NCBI GenBank assembly: GCA_013239625.1 | Contig: MU056905.1 | Location: 19,201,009-19,265,008, forward strand | DNA length: 64,000 nt | Direction: 5' to 3' | From: Lama guanicoe | Lineage: Eukaryota | Shown: positions 37,500 through 50,433 of the stretch, in pieces | How positions within the stretch are numbered: position 1 is the stretch's first letter | Layout: the number at the start of each line of letters is the position of its first letter | Translations under genes and position numbers: made by a program | Notes under the pieces: model-generated | The model's input: only the letters and a program-made list of their open reading frames with translations | Told to the model about the DNA's origin: nothing | Databases searched by the model: none

Positions 37500-37940
37500 G
37501 AAGATCCTGTGTGTCAGGCACTAATCAGCTGCTTTCGGCTTTCACATGATTGTGTAATCTTCAGAACAAGCTAGTGAGGAAACACCTTTATTCCAACGTA
37601 TGGCAGGAGCTCAGGCTCTGAAGTCACACAGCCTGGGATTTCATTCCAGTCCTGGCACTTGTCAGCCATGTGGCCTTGGACATGCTTTTTAATCTCCATG
37701 AGCCTTATGATAATAGCATCTATCTCATAGGAATAGAGTGAGGATTAAAACAAAATAATATGTGTAAAGTGTTCAACAGTTAAGTAGCCCACAATAATCT
37801 CTCAGAAAACATTTTGTTATGATAATTAGTGAAAATTGAACCTGAGAGAGCTCAGGGAAGTCATGCACTCAATGTACTCTATCCAGTAAGTGAGTCAATA
37901 TTTGAACTCTACCCTTCCATGCCCTGATATAATTCTTTCC
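37500..37940. mobile_element. MIR (-) interrupted by MIR (+, ~37600-37790)
   Basis: ggctctgaagtcacacagcctgggatt...gtgaggattaaa inside a reverse-oriented MIR. Confidence 0.6.
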
Positions 37941-40900
37941 CCGTGGCATCGTAGTTATCTCACCACATTTCCTAGAGATGCATCCTCATTGGATGTAAAA
38001 GTTACACAGTAAGTCTGGAGGATCTTCTGCTTGTGGTGACATCAGATGGGGTGGTTGTCCTCTGGGACCTCTACTGGATGAGCACATCCAAAAGGGTTCA
38101 ACTACATGTCTGGTGCCTTGACAGGGATAGTGGAATGCTGGGCATCCCAGGGAGGCTTGGACAGCCAAAAAATACAGCACTAAGGCACAAACCGCTGACT
38201 CATCAGGAAAAGTGTCAGGTATAGAAAACCCAGCATTCCCACCACCAGCCATGTTTTCTTTATGGTAAGCACATAAGATGTCAGCTCCTTGAAATCAAGA
38301 ACTAATCTGCCTTGTTCATTTCTGGACTCCCATCACTGCACCTGGGAGATGACACATGTTCAATAAATATTTGTAGATAAAGGTTTACAGAAGGGAGAGA
38401 GTGTCAAAGGGAAGAATGAATGGAAGGAAGAGGGTGGGAGGAAATGAGAAAAGTCCTCCCAAGAATGTATGTTGATATTAAAGACGTAGAAGGAGGTGTT
38501 GCTTTGGACTGTGAACCCCTCCCTCCTGTGGGTCCATTTTCCTTAAAAACACAACCCAGAGACCACGTCCTTCCTCACCTACCCCCAGAGAAGAGTAAAG
38601 GACAGTATCTTCCTTCTGACTCCCAGAAACGGCACCCTACTCTACACCACCACCATTTTTCCAATTTATCAAATCAAATGAGCACCAGAGTCCAGCCCAT
38701 CAGACAACTTGACCTTGCCCATCCTTAGGGGATTCCCCCTAGAGTCAGAATCTCTGGGGACAGAGCCTGGTATCAGTATTTCTTAAACTTCATCAATTAA
38801 TTCCAGTGTACAGCCAAGACACCAAGATGAAGAATGAGAGGCATTTGTCTAGATGAGAGAGAACTCATGATAAATACACACACATACACTACTCAAAATT
38901 TAGCTCTTAGAGCCTTTAGAGAAGATCGTAGTTCTACATAACCTGAAATCCTCTTGGCATATCTAAGCTGTCTGTCTTCTCCACATTTGAATTTGAATTG
39001 GGTCTGTACTTGTCATCTCTTCTGTCCGGCTGTAAATTCCGGGAGGGAAGGATTCACTCTCCCTCCACCTCTCTAGCACCTGGTGCATGTCAACACTCCA
39101 TCAGCTGCTGACAATGCAAGCAAGCCTCAAAAAGGCTCGTTGAGTCGGGGAGCTGGTTTCCCGGTAAATTCTACGAGTATGTTTCCTGCATGGCCTCAGC
39201 TTCTCTTTTCTGACCCCTTCTTTTCCTCTGTTCTGGCTCTGAGCATTCCTACCCATTTCCTGGCTCTCTAGCAAAGTGAGGAGATCCTGGCCGAGAACCC
39301 AACTTCTCAGCTTTGGGCTGTGTCAACCCTGCTGAGAGGCTGCTGCTTGAAATAAATGCATCTGGGCATCTCAACCCTGCCGGTGGATCCACCTCAATCC
39401 TTACGACGGCTTCAGATCATTTGAACTGGCTCAGGAGGGAATTCAAAGGCCCAGGCTCCCACAGAGAGGCAGCTAATAAGCTGAAGGGAGAGGAGATTGT
39501 CTCGCTGAATGGGGGGCAACAGGGAGCCTGGCCAAAATTCCCCATCGAAGACACAAAAATCAATTTTGAGTGGATTTGGACAGGCAGTCCTGCCAGGACA
39601 TTCCGGCGGCGTCTAAATACCAGCAGCAGAAGAGGAGAATACGTGTTGTTCTGCGGGATCACTGGGCCGCCAGGGCTGCCAGGGAACGAAGCCTCCAGCT
39701 CAGCCCGCCCATCCCCAGCCTCTGACCCCTTCCTCTGCTGGGACCCGCTGGCTGCCTGAATCACTGTAATGCATCACTTATGTCTTCCTCCCCAAGGAGC
39801 ATGTCTACCGCTACCCTAAGGGTAGTTACTCCTTGTGCTTGATGTTTTCTATTGAGTAGAAAAAGTGAATGGAGATGCCAGATTGAGACCTAGAAGAGGT
39901 GACCAGGTAGAGCTTTTGGCTCAAAGCTAAATCCACATGAAACCTAAGAAAACACCCTTTTCCCCCTCCCTCCCCAGCTTCCATGTCTTGTTAGCTACAG
40001 GCAGCTGAAGAACTGCTCCTATTCCCACCCACCTGACAGAAGCATCACTGTGCAAGGGATGGCAAACATGTCTGCTCCCCAGTACAAACTGTGATAGGTT
40101 GATAATGTCTGCTGGGGTGCAGTTCTCCCCAGGCTCGGTGGAATGTCACAGTGGATAACTGATGTCTGCCACTTGCCTGAAAAGCAGATTTGTAGGGTGT
40201 CTACCTTGTTTTTGTCAACCTCTAGGGGACAGTCAAGGCTCCCCACTAAGGGGGAAGGAAGTCTCACCCCGATCACATACACGATAGTCAACCCTGGGGC
40301 TGCCGAAGTAGGTAGAATGGCCTGGGTGGGAGGTCAAAGGAGAGACAGTTGCCTTCCCTGGGATGGGCTCTTCCTCTCGTTCCTTAGTGACTGAGGAAAT
40401 GAGATAACCCCCTTCATGGAGGGCATCCTGCATCTCAGAGGACAAACACGGGAGGAGGAAAAGACGAGGCATGGGTGGCTCTGCGAAAATGGGCAAAGAG
40501 AATTCTCCAGACTCACATCCCAGCTGCCTGGTCAGAAAGAAGCCAGAGAAGAACAAGGGCCAGCGCTCTGGTGAGAAAGCTCTGGTCCTGCCACGCTCAC
40601 ACCCGAGACCCCTCAGCAGGAGGGGGCCGGGCAGCTGCAGGAGGATCCGGGAAGGGGGAGAACTGAGACCCCCCGTCATCTCTCCTCTGCAGGGTCCTAT
40701 GGCAAAGGAGAGGGAAAGAAATGGGCATCTTATGTGTGTTAGTGGCGCAGGGGAGATATTTTTAACACGTTTTTCTCATTTATGAAAATCATCTAGAGAA
40801 ACGTGATGTGCAACCTACAAGCCAGAGAGAAACTTGTTATGTAAGAGTCCAACAGGGAGAAAAAAAATCCAGAGCCACCATGAACCCAAAATTGGACCTG

Positions 40901-41532
40901 AATTTGCAAAACAGCTTCTGTTTTGTTTGTTGGTTGGCTTGTTCTTTGCTTTTTTTTTAAGCAAAAACAATAACAAGAAAGCTGAACTGCAGTGACTTTG
41001 ATGCTATCTAAGGGCATTGGCCCTGCTCCGACTGCCTCCCTGCCTGTCTGAGTCTGAGCAAAAATAAAGCGCACGTCTGTTATCTGGGGTAGGGAGAAAG
41101 GCATGCCTCCCATTATCACATTAGCAGATTAGCTAGACTCCACGAGCAGGCCCAAGGAAGCAGACACAGGATGTCCACATTTCAACAGGCAGGGAAGAGG
41201 GTCAGAAAGGTCCTGAGTGGGAGGATAGCACCGGGTACCAAGGCGTGAGGGCGTCTGCAGACAAGGGCCCTGAAGGCAACAATGGATGGTAGGCTGGGTG
41301 AGGACGCAGCCAAACTGGCCAAGCGATCTGAAGGGGAACATCTAGACGTGCCAGTCAGGGGGCACTTGTGTCTCCATCTTATTTAGAAGCAGCCTCCAAA
41401 GCCCAGTCCTCAGCTTGTCACGGTCACATCCCCATGTCATCTGTTGCTAATGACAGTAACCACTCTTGGGGTGGTCTGTTGCAGAGACGTGAACTTGCTG
41501 CCTCTCCATCAGAGATACAATAGCTTTCCTTA

Positions 41533-41564
41533 ACACGCACACACGCACACGCACACGCACACAC
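41533..41564. repeat. (CACACG)n microsatellite
   Basis: acacgcacacacgcacacgcacacgcacacac. Confidence 0.85.
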
Positions 41565-43149
41565 CCCAGTGAGACCCCATTGAAAGACCTCTTTGAGTAG
41601 TTCTGAGTTTCCACCTGGTGCCTTTGGGCTTTGACAGACCCTGGGAGTTCTGAGGAGAGCTTCACTGAGCTTTTTCTTAAGGTTTGGGCAAAATTTTGTT
41701 TTCCATCAGGTATTTCCTACCTTATGAAAGGAAAAATTCTTAACTTCTGTATTTAGAAACTTACTACCAAAAAAAAAAAAAAGTCTTGCACATGGAAGGC
41801 AGAAAACCCCCTTCAGGAGGCACCTGAGTCAGTCAGCAGTGTCTGGGGCTCGCAAGGCTTTCTCTGCACCTCGCTGAGCAGCACGCACAGAGCAGCGGCA
41901 GGCTTGGCCCCCGAGGGCGAAGAGCCGTCCCCTTCAACAGAAATACACTGAGTCCTTTCTAGAAGCAAGGCTTTGTGCTGGATCTCTGATGACCAGGAAG
42001 CCTTCACGGGCTAGTTCTGGACTACCTGCCTCCAGATTTCTTTCACAAGAAAAAAACAAACTTTAGCGTTTTAAACACTGTCTTTTCTTTCATAGGCAGC
42101 TGTCTCTAATCCTAACGAATACAGGTCACTGTGGTGGTTTACATTCAACCAAGCAAAAGAGGACAGATCCAAAGCCCATCCTCCACACGCGTCAAACATC
42201 TTTGCCCATCTATTCCTGCAATGAATACCCAGGGCCGGCCATCCCCTGAGGGGAGGGATGAGAAAATGTGAGGGCTCATCCCAATGGTGCCTGTTTTCTT
42301 TAGCAATTTCCACCTTTTAGATGCTACTTCGAGGAAAACTTTTGTGATCCCCAAATCTAAATAAGGTTTCTCTTTGAAATTCTTTTTAAGCACCTTATAT
42401 TATAACCACCTGTTGACTGGCCAAGCGTACAGAGAGGAAAAAGAGGGAATCGTGGCTTGGAAGGCTCTCATGGTCTGTTGGTGGAGGAAAAAATGTCTGT
42501 TAACAGGTTATTTTGATGCAGCATATAAGTGACAAGATCATGATATGTCTGAGAAGCTTTGAGAGCACAGGGAGAGGTATTTAGTATCATCTTTGCTGGG
42601 CTCTCTTGGGGAAATAATGCCTGAGTTGAACCTTGAAGAACAGCGGATCTAGTCTAGTGTCATCTGATCCTGCAGGGAGCTCTGGAGTGTGAGTAGCTCA
42701 GAAGCAAAGAGGCTGGGCTCCTGTAACGCCAGGGCATTGGATCAAATGCTGCTGGCTGGAGGGCATTAGCTTCCAGGCATTTCCCTTCCAGGAGACTTCC
42801 TGATCAAGGGCAATTCTCTGGAAAACAGTATAGCCATGGGCCATTAGCAGCCAATATTCAGAGCGGCTGGGTGCAGATGGCTGCACCAAGCAGACAAAGG
42901 AGATCAGTTTCATCTACTTGGGTTGGAAGGGTAATCTAGGCAGGAGGAACAGCATGAGCAAAGGCCATGCGCGACCAAGCTGTCTGGTGTGTGGTTTGGG
43001 GGGTGGTATAAGCACTCTTTACTAGATCAGAGACTATGAGGTGGGGGGCAGGGGTGGAGTGGGGAAATTAGGCAAGAGGAAAGGGCAGAACCAGATCACA
43101 GATGATTTTCTCTTCCACGCTACCAAGTTCAGAGTCCATTCTGGATTCA

Positions 43150-43370
43150 TAATAATGATACTAACATGAATAATAAGTCTCTTACTGTCATGGTTAGTGT
43201 ATGCCAACATCCGAGGGCTCTACACTTGTTTCCTGTGAGACAAGCAGTGTGATTTGCCTCACTTTACAGATGAGGAAACTGAGGGCAAGGAAATTAAGCA
43301 ACTTGCCTGAGAGCATATGAGCATATGACAAAGTGGGATTAGAACCCCCTGTCTGAACATGTGTTCACAT
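43150..43370 (-). mobile_element. MIR within L2 fragments (~42500-43420)
   Basis: ctttacagatgaggaaactgagggcaaggaaattaagcaacttgcc. Confidence 0.8.
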
Positions 43371-44189
43371 CACGTGGTTTTAAGCAAAGGAGTGATGCAG
43401 CCAGATTTGCATTTTAAATATTGTAGGGAGGCTGTCCCCACCGCCCCCACCCCTTGCTGACTTGGACACACACCTCTGGGTGCTTCTGCCCCTGCATTTT
43501 TCAGCTAAAAAAACAAGCTTGAATCTTGGCCATCTAGATACCACTCCCAGCTGCTGAAGCCTCTCCAGCTGACACTCCAAAAAATTTCCCTTTCCTGCCC
43601 CTTCCCCAGGCTCCCTTGACAAATCCTCCCCCACATCTCAGGAGAACCCAGCTGTACTCCCAGCCTCCCACTCATCCACCCCAGGCCGATCTGACCCTGA
43701 GCCACTCCTAGCACGGCTGGTCCAGCTGGCTCCGTCTACACCTTGGCCTCCTCTACCCAAGGGCAAGACAGAACATGGGGCTTATGGGGCCCCAGCAGAG
43801 AGGACAGACCTCTGAAGAGACAGTCAGACAATACATAATGGTCAGGGCTCTGATTTTCTGATGTTTGAAATTCAGCAAAGGCAACAGCCTACAAGCGCAT
43901 ACTCTAGGGCTGCCAAGGAGGTAACTTCCAATGATGGGAGGCAGGGGGACAGGCTGCAGGACCATGGAGGTGGCTGTAAGCTGCTGTCAGTGCTCTATTT
44001 TCCATTCTTACGGTATTATTTAAAATAAATTGATATCTTCATAAAAAGAGGGCCTTGCACATGGGTCAACAATGAAAGTGTGTCATGGACCAAGGATGAG
44101 AATGGATCTAGTTTGTGCTCCTAGGTCAGATGTGCATACAATCTCCAAAAATTACTACTTGATGAATGAGTTCCCACGAGGAAAACTGC

Positions 44190-44360
44190 TCTTAAGTTAT
44201 GGCTGGAAGGGGTCATAAGCAGCAGGGAGGGTTCCCTGCTATGCCAATGATGTTCTTCTTCTTCATCTGGGTGCTGATTACTTGGACAGATTTACTTTAT
44301 GAAAATTCTGTGAACTATATACACCCATGATGTATTTGTCTGTATGTATCTTTTTTTTAA
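44190..44360 (+). mobile_element. L1ME 3' tail
   Basis: cttcatctgggtgctgattac...tttactttatgaaaattc...tctgtatgtat. Confidence 0.6.
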
Positions 44361-44539
44361 AGAATAGAAAAGAACCAGTTCTTTTTTATTTTAATTGTTC
44401 TACTTGTGCTTAAGATCTGGCAGACCCAATATGCACATGTGAGAGCAATGCTCACTCCAGAACAAGACTGGAACACTCCAGAAAAGACTCACACCACAAT
44501 ACTGTCTTTTCGTGAACTCCTCCGGGAAATGGGCTAGTA

Positions 44540-44745
44540 GCCTGTGCCAAGCTGAGCCATACCGGAGCTCAAGACAAAAGGAAAGATCAGTAATACTGAC
44601 CCTGTCTTTCTTTAAATTGTTGATATTTGGCTCATCATGGATTTTTTTGCATTACTTTTGATTTTTTAAAATATTGTACTAAAATGTTTTTTTATCTTGA
44701 TGACTGAGCTTCTTGGCGCCCATTTAAATTTTGTACCACCCTCAT
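44540..44745 (-). mobile_element. MER96B-like hAT fragment
   Basis: catcatggatttttttgcattacttttgattttttaaaatattg...tatcttgatgactgag...ggcgcccatttaaattttg. Confidence 0.65.
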
Positions 44746-45109
44746 CCCAGTCCCAGTGGTTACCAGAAAGCTCATCAGGGTCACAGGCTCATCAAAAACC
44801 CAAATTCCCTCTTCCCTGTGGGAATGTCCGGGCTACCAAGATCCCAGAGGATGACCCTGATAATGAGGCTTTCAAGCTCCTTAATAATAGCATTGGCCTG
44901 CCCACTGAGGTAGCATTTATAAGGCACTTCCACATAATCTCGTTTGTCCTCATGGTAAGCTTGGTGAAGGCATGAGTGGTATCTCCTTATGCAGGTAAAA
45001 TATGAGACTTTGCCTTGGTAGGAAACTAACCTTTCTGAGATGATTTTGAGCAGGGGCAGTGTATAATTAATCTCTGTAACTCACAGTGTCTAGCACAGCC
45101 TTTCACAGT

Positions 45110-45330
45110 TTCACCAGTCAGATTGTATGACTTCAAATCCACCATTCACCATTTCCTGGATGTCTATGTGACCTTGAGCAAATTACTGCATTTATCTAAG
45201 CCTCCATTTTCTCATCTGCAAAGTAGAGATAAGAATAATCGATTCATTGTAAGGATTTAAGTAAGGTTATCTATGTAAAGGACTTAGCCATGTGTTTGGC
45301 TCAGAATAGGCACTTAATAAATACTAAGTA
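45110..45330 (+). mobile_element. MIR
   Basis: tatgtgaccttgagcaaattact...ctcatctgcaaagtagagataa...taggcacttaataaata. Confidence 0.85.
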
Positions 45331-45704
45331 CTATATTCCACCCTGTACTGGCTTGAAAACCTTCACAGAAAGGAGTGGGATGCCACAGCAGGCTGTCAGA
45401 ATAAACTTTGGTACGGGACCCCTTTCAACTACCACTAAATTACCCTGAAAAGAGAGCTTTCATCAGAATCCATCATCAGAAAAATTACCTGATTCCTGGA
45501 AATAGACATAAGAGATTACTGAGTGCTCTGTCAGCACAGTACTGATCTTAACTTTCTATTTCCTGGGCGATTTTACAGCTCTGTAAGGGCAGGGGTGGGC
45601 TTGTAGAATCTTGCCTGGTAGAGATGGAAATAATTTAAGTTGGGGGAGCAGATACCCCATAGATTGTGACGTATGGCCCTGTTGGACTTAAACCCAGCAA
45701 TCTA

Positions 45705-45840
45705 TTAAATTGCATATATATGCAATTATATATAACTATACACAGATTATATATAACTATATATAATTGCATATATGTATATAATTATATATATCATATA
45801 TAATTAAGATTATATATGATTCATGTATATATGTATATAT
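45705..45840. repeat. AT-rich (TA)n low-complexity region with palindromes
   Basis: aattgcatatatatgcaatt and TA runs. Confidence 0.85.
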
Positions 45841-46821
45841 CCCTGGCTTCTCAAGTATTCTTTAGACAAGTTTCAACATATTGCTGGTCCTTTAATTAAT
45901 CAATGAGCAGAATAAAATCTTTGACATGTATTCCTTTTATATTTGCATGAGTCCTTTTTTTTTTTAGAGTCATGCTTTTTTAACCTTTTGAAAATTAAGG
46001 TTTTATCCCATGCATAGAGACAAGGTTTTCTCTGGGGGCCCAAACAAGGCCTTTAAGTACACCACGTGATTCCTGGCTGACAAAACCATCCCAGTGACAC
46101 TGTTTGAACTTGAACTGGCCACTGAGCAGCCCTGAACCTGGCCCCTGCCTCAGGCACTGACAGCATGGGCACTTTAGGACTTTCCTACCAAGGTAGGCAT
46201 GCGGGGCCACTGAGGAGCTTTCCTGCCTGCTTCCAAACACCAGCCAGGTCAGAGCAGAGGCTGGACCAGCCCCCTAAGGTTTACCAATTATTTGGTAAAG
46301 TACAGAGATAACATTCTGTGCAAATTTCCTCGCATTGTTCTGCCTGACTCTAAACGCTCCCATATGGGATAATCTACAGTTAAGAGACAGGAAAAGGATG
46401 GAGAACCTGGGTCTCCCCTACACACATCCCAGTCATTCTGCTATGCCTCCCAGCCACTCAAGATAGATGCGACCTGTCTCCCCTTCTCATTTTGCTACTT
46501 TCTGGCAAAAGCTAGAATTAGAAAATCCTTTACCTCCTTCAGAATCCCAATGGAAATCCCTTCCTACTGGGGTAGACTAAAACCTGGGAGTTTCCCAATG
46601 GAGCTCATGGTAATAAGCAGCTGTCTTTGAGTTCTACCCTTGTGGTGTCCAGAGGTGACCATTAAGAAGGAAGCCACATTCTGAAACCCTCTTCCTTCAG
46701 CCCAGCTTGCAATTTGCTGGTGGAGATGAATGGGATAGATTTAAGAAACATTTGGGGTAGAATTAGCAAGACTTATTGATGAATTAATTATGAGGGATTA
46801 GGGAAAGAAAGGAATCAAGAT

Positions 46822-47330
46822 TGTATTAGTCAAGTTTCTCCGGAGAAACAGAACCAATAGGATAGATATAGACATAGATGTATAGATTTCTAGATATAAA
46901 CAGATACATAGAGGTTTAGTATAAGGTGTTGGCGCATACGATTATGGAGGCTAAGAAATCCCACAATCTGCCACTGGCAAGCTGGAGAAAAGTCGGTAGC
47001 ATATTTTGAAGGCCTGAGAGCCAGAGAGCCAATAGCGAAGATTCCAGTCCAAGTCTGAAGACCTGAGAACCAAAGGTGCCAAGGGCAGGAGAAGGTTGAT
47101 GTCCAGCTAAAGCAATCAGGCAGAGAGCAAATGCAGCCTTCCTCCACTTGTCCTATTCAGGCCCTCAGTAGACAGGATGGTGCCCACCCACACAGCGGAG
47201 GGCCATCTGCTTCACTGAGTCCACCAACTCAAATGCCAATCTCTTCTGGAAATACCCAGAAATACTATTTAACCAGGAATCTGGGCATCCTATGGCCCAA
47301 TCAAGTTGACACGCAAAATTAACTGTCGCA
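46822..47330 (-). mobile_element. MLT2 (ERVL) solo LTR with 5-bp TSD, inserted in L2
   Basis: tgtattagtc...caagttgacacgcaaaattaactgtcgca; TSD AAGAT at 46817-46821 and 47331-47335. Confidence 0.92.
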
Positions 47331-48479
47331 AAGATGATACCTAGGATTTTAGTTGAAGTAACTAGATGCAAGGTGGTGTCGTCTACTGAGATAGAGAAGA
47401 CAAGGAGGAATAGATTTGGAGGTAAGAGAGTCAAAAGAGAGAACAGCTAATCTCCCAGTTCCTATGACATTTGGGATCCTTTGGTACAACGTGGATAGAG
47501 CTATACAGAGGAGAAATTTGATTCATCTTATCAAACCAGTTTTAGCCCTCTTTCATTTCCAAAAACCTTGCATTTGGGAAGAACCATTTGCCTTTTGCTC
47601 ACCTCGTGGACAGCTGAATGCCAGAGTCGAGTCGCCATGGGGTCATTTTTGCAATTATGCAGTCAGCACATGCTTCACCAAATTCTCCTCTCAGAATCCT
47701 GGTGGTTTGTTCATTTGTAAAGGATACAGTCTTGTGCCTTCTGCCTGGTGTTATCAACCATTCAGAGAGGGTGGGATAACTCTGCTTTCATTGGTTTCTT
47801 TGGTCTCCCCTGCTCTGTTTGGGTTCATTTATTTGCACTGAAGGGTAAATTGTTTAAAAGCTTAGCATCAAAATTGTAATTCAAGAAGAGAATCTTAAAG
47901 TCTTAACTGTGCTCTGTGCAATGGGTTAATGAAAGCAAGTAAACAGCCATGTTATGTGGAGTGATTGATGAGGGGCAAACTCTGTTAGGTTACATTAACA
48001 AATGGAGTCATTTCATCCATTTTAATAGGATGTGGTGGTGGGTTTTTGTCTTTGTTTTATTTCTTTTAGCAGCATGGAGGTCAGTCTGAAGACTGAAAGT
48101 AACAGTGTTTTTCAAAATCTGATGATTCGCCCTATGATGAGGGATTTTAAGAAAAGAATTGCTCTTGTAAAGTGGAGAACTGTGTTGGCTGTCAGAGGGT
48201 GTCAGTAAGGGCAGCCCCCAGGTCAGGTCCCAGGGGTCGGCTCCACACCTCCTGGCAGGGCTAGGACCAGCTGCTCTCCCCACTTCGTACTGAAGATGCT
48301 AGGCTAAATCTCAAAATACTGAGCCTCATGACAGCTATGCCTTGTTAGTCTTGGTTCCAGCTTCATCCCTAGACTGTAGGCTCCCAGAAGCTTAGTGACA
48401 AGAAGTAGGGCTTAATATAATGGATCTTTCCAAGCACTTAACACAGAGTCAGTAAATCATTCAAAGAGGAAAACTTACA

Positions 48480-48645
48480 TATTCAGATGCAAATGTAGAG
48501 ATATGGATGACACAACTATTTACAAATGGGAAAAAGACTATTGGAAGTAAAAACAAAATATTGGCAAAGGCTGTCTCTGTGTAATAGGACGGCATTTCAT
48601 TTTTCTTATTTTTTTATTTTTTGCTTTTCACTATTTTCTACCATG
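48480..48645 (+). mobile_element. Old L1ME 3' tail
   Basis: ggaaaaagactattggaag...ttttctaccatgaata. Confidence 0.5.
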
Positions 48646-49606
48646 AATATTTGTTCATTCAACAAATATATTTTGCATGCTTACCACATATTGGGCATTA
48701 TGCTAGGGCCTGGAGAGAGAGAAGTAACAGACACAGTCCCTGCCCCAGAACTGACGTCCAGCGTGGAAGACAGGTAAAGGCAAGGTGCAGTGTGCAACTC
48801 CAAGGCCACCATGTGCATCACAGACCTGCATATTTAGTTGAGTTTTCCTGCAGATGAAAGTGTGGACTCTTAGGAAAGGGACGCCTTTTTAAAATTCACA
48901 TAAAACCATCAAATGGGGTCCCAGTGGCCATGAACTATCACAGTGCAATATGATAACTGCAGCGATGAAAAAACAAAAGGGATTGTGCAAGCACACCTGA
49001 AGGTAGTCTCTGGGAATAAAGGAAGGCTTTCCATAGGAAGTAACATTTCAACCAAACCTGAAAAGCAAGAATCACTATTACTTTTATAACCAGAATAAAA
49101 CAGAAGGTTTAAAAATTAATATTGGCTATTACTGGATGAACAGCTATTAAATACTGAATGTGAAAGAAAAAGAGAGAGAGAGAGAGAAAGATGAAAGGAA
49201 GGAAGGAAGAAATGAAAGAAAGAAAAGAAAGAAAGAAAATATAAAAAATTGAATATAAGATTTTTAAAAAGAAGAAAGATCAAAATGACTGGTCCACTCT
49301 ACCACAATTTCCGGAAGAATTGCAAGTGGAAAAACAATTGCCCAACTCTGCCCAGAACTGTTCCTTGAAGCCCTGGCTACTCTAAGTGTGGTCCGTGGAT
49401 TGGAAGATGGCTTAGGGCAGAAGGAACAATTGGTGTGAATTCCCTGAGGTGGGAGGGAGCAAGGCAAGTTGGAGGAACAGAAACAAAGTCAGTGTGGCTG
49501 GAATACAATGCACTAGAAGCGGTGGGGCCAAAGCATGCTGGCCTTACATGCTGGGGAGGATTTTGGGTTTCCATCTAAGGACTAGGCACAGTAGAGGGTT
49601 TGAAGT

Positions 49607-49826
49607 GAGGGAGTAGTGAACTACAGCCCTGAGTCCTATCTGGCTCTCTGCCTGTCTTGGTAAATACATTTTTAATGGATCAGAGCCACAGCCATTCATT
49701 TACATATTTTCTATGGCTCCTTTTGCACTCCAGTGGCCAAGATGAGTGGTTGGCTCAGACCACATAGCCTGCAAAGCCTAAAATATTTACTCTTTGACCC
49801 TTTACAGAAAAAGTTGCCTACTTCTG
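49607..49826 (-). mobile_element. MER58A (hAT-Charlie)
   Basis: cacagccattcatttacatattttctatggct...gcctgcaaagcctaaaatatttactctttgaccctttacagaaaaagttgcc. Confidence 0.88.
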
Positions 49827-50293
49827 TTTGAAGCTAATGGGTTCCATGATCTGACCTGCCTTCTACACAGATTCTGGCAGCTGGTGGAGCATATTGACCA
49901 AGGGGGCAGACCTGCTATCACCTTCCCCTCCTTCACACCCCAGCTGGGGCTGGAGCACACAGCACTGTCTTTGTGGAAGAAAAAGTAGGGGGAAGACAGA
50001 GGAGAGTCCAGTGGTTTGGATGATCCCCAGACAGGGAAGCTGGATCTTACCTTTTTAATAAACAAAGAGCATTTGGGAGAATAAGAGATGAAATAGAGGC
50101 ATTTTCTTTTTCTTTCATTGATCTATCAGAAAATATGGTGGCAATTTAAGTGAAAAATCTAGACTGGGTTGGTAGTTTAAAAACCAAACAGAATCCCCAA
50201 AATCCATTCTTCCAGGCCTGACATCTGTGTGTGCAGTGACCCTCTTGCCACGGGTCATCTCCAAAGTGGTACAAGTCCAAGGGCGTTGTTCTT

Positions 50294-50433
50294 TATTTTT
50301 TCCCAGATATTTTTGTGAAGGAGGTAATTAGGTATTTATTTATTTATTTGTGTTTAACAGAGGTACTGGGGGTTGAACCCAGTTCCTCGTGCCTGCTAAG
50401 TATGCGCTCTACCACTGAGCTATACCCTCCCCG
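50294..50433 (-). mobile_element. tRNA-Ala-derived SINE (camelid Vic-1 type) with TSD
   Basis: Reverse complement GGGGAGGGTATAGCTCAGTGGTAGAGCGCATACTTAGCAGGCACGAGGAACTGGGTTCAACCCCCAGTACCTC (A and B boxes) plus AT tail; 16-bp TSD with 2 mismatches at 50278-50293 and 50434-50449. Confidence 0.9.

Noticed and set aside
39313-39764. 148-aa and 115-aa overlapping ORFs
   Set aside because: No recognisable homology or exon boundaries; expected by chance in GC-richer DNA.
43840-44140. Possible hAT-type DNA transposon fragment (also ~48780-48935)
   Set aside because: Looks repeat-derived, but I could not assign family or ends reliably.
50360-50433. tRNA gene
   Set aside because: AT tail and TSD show it is a SINE head.
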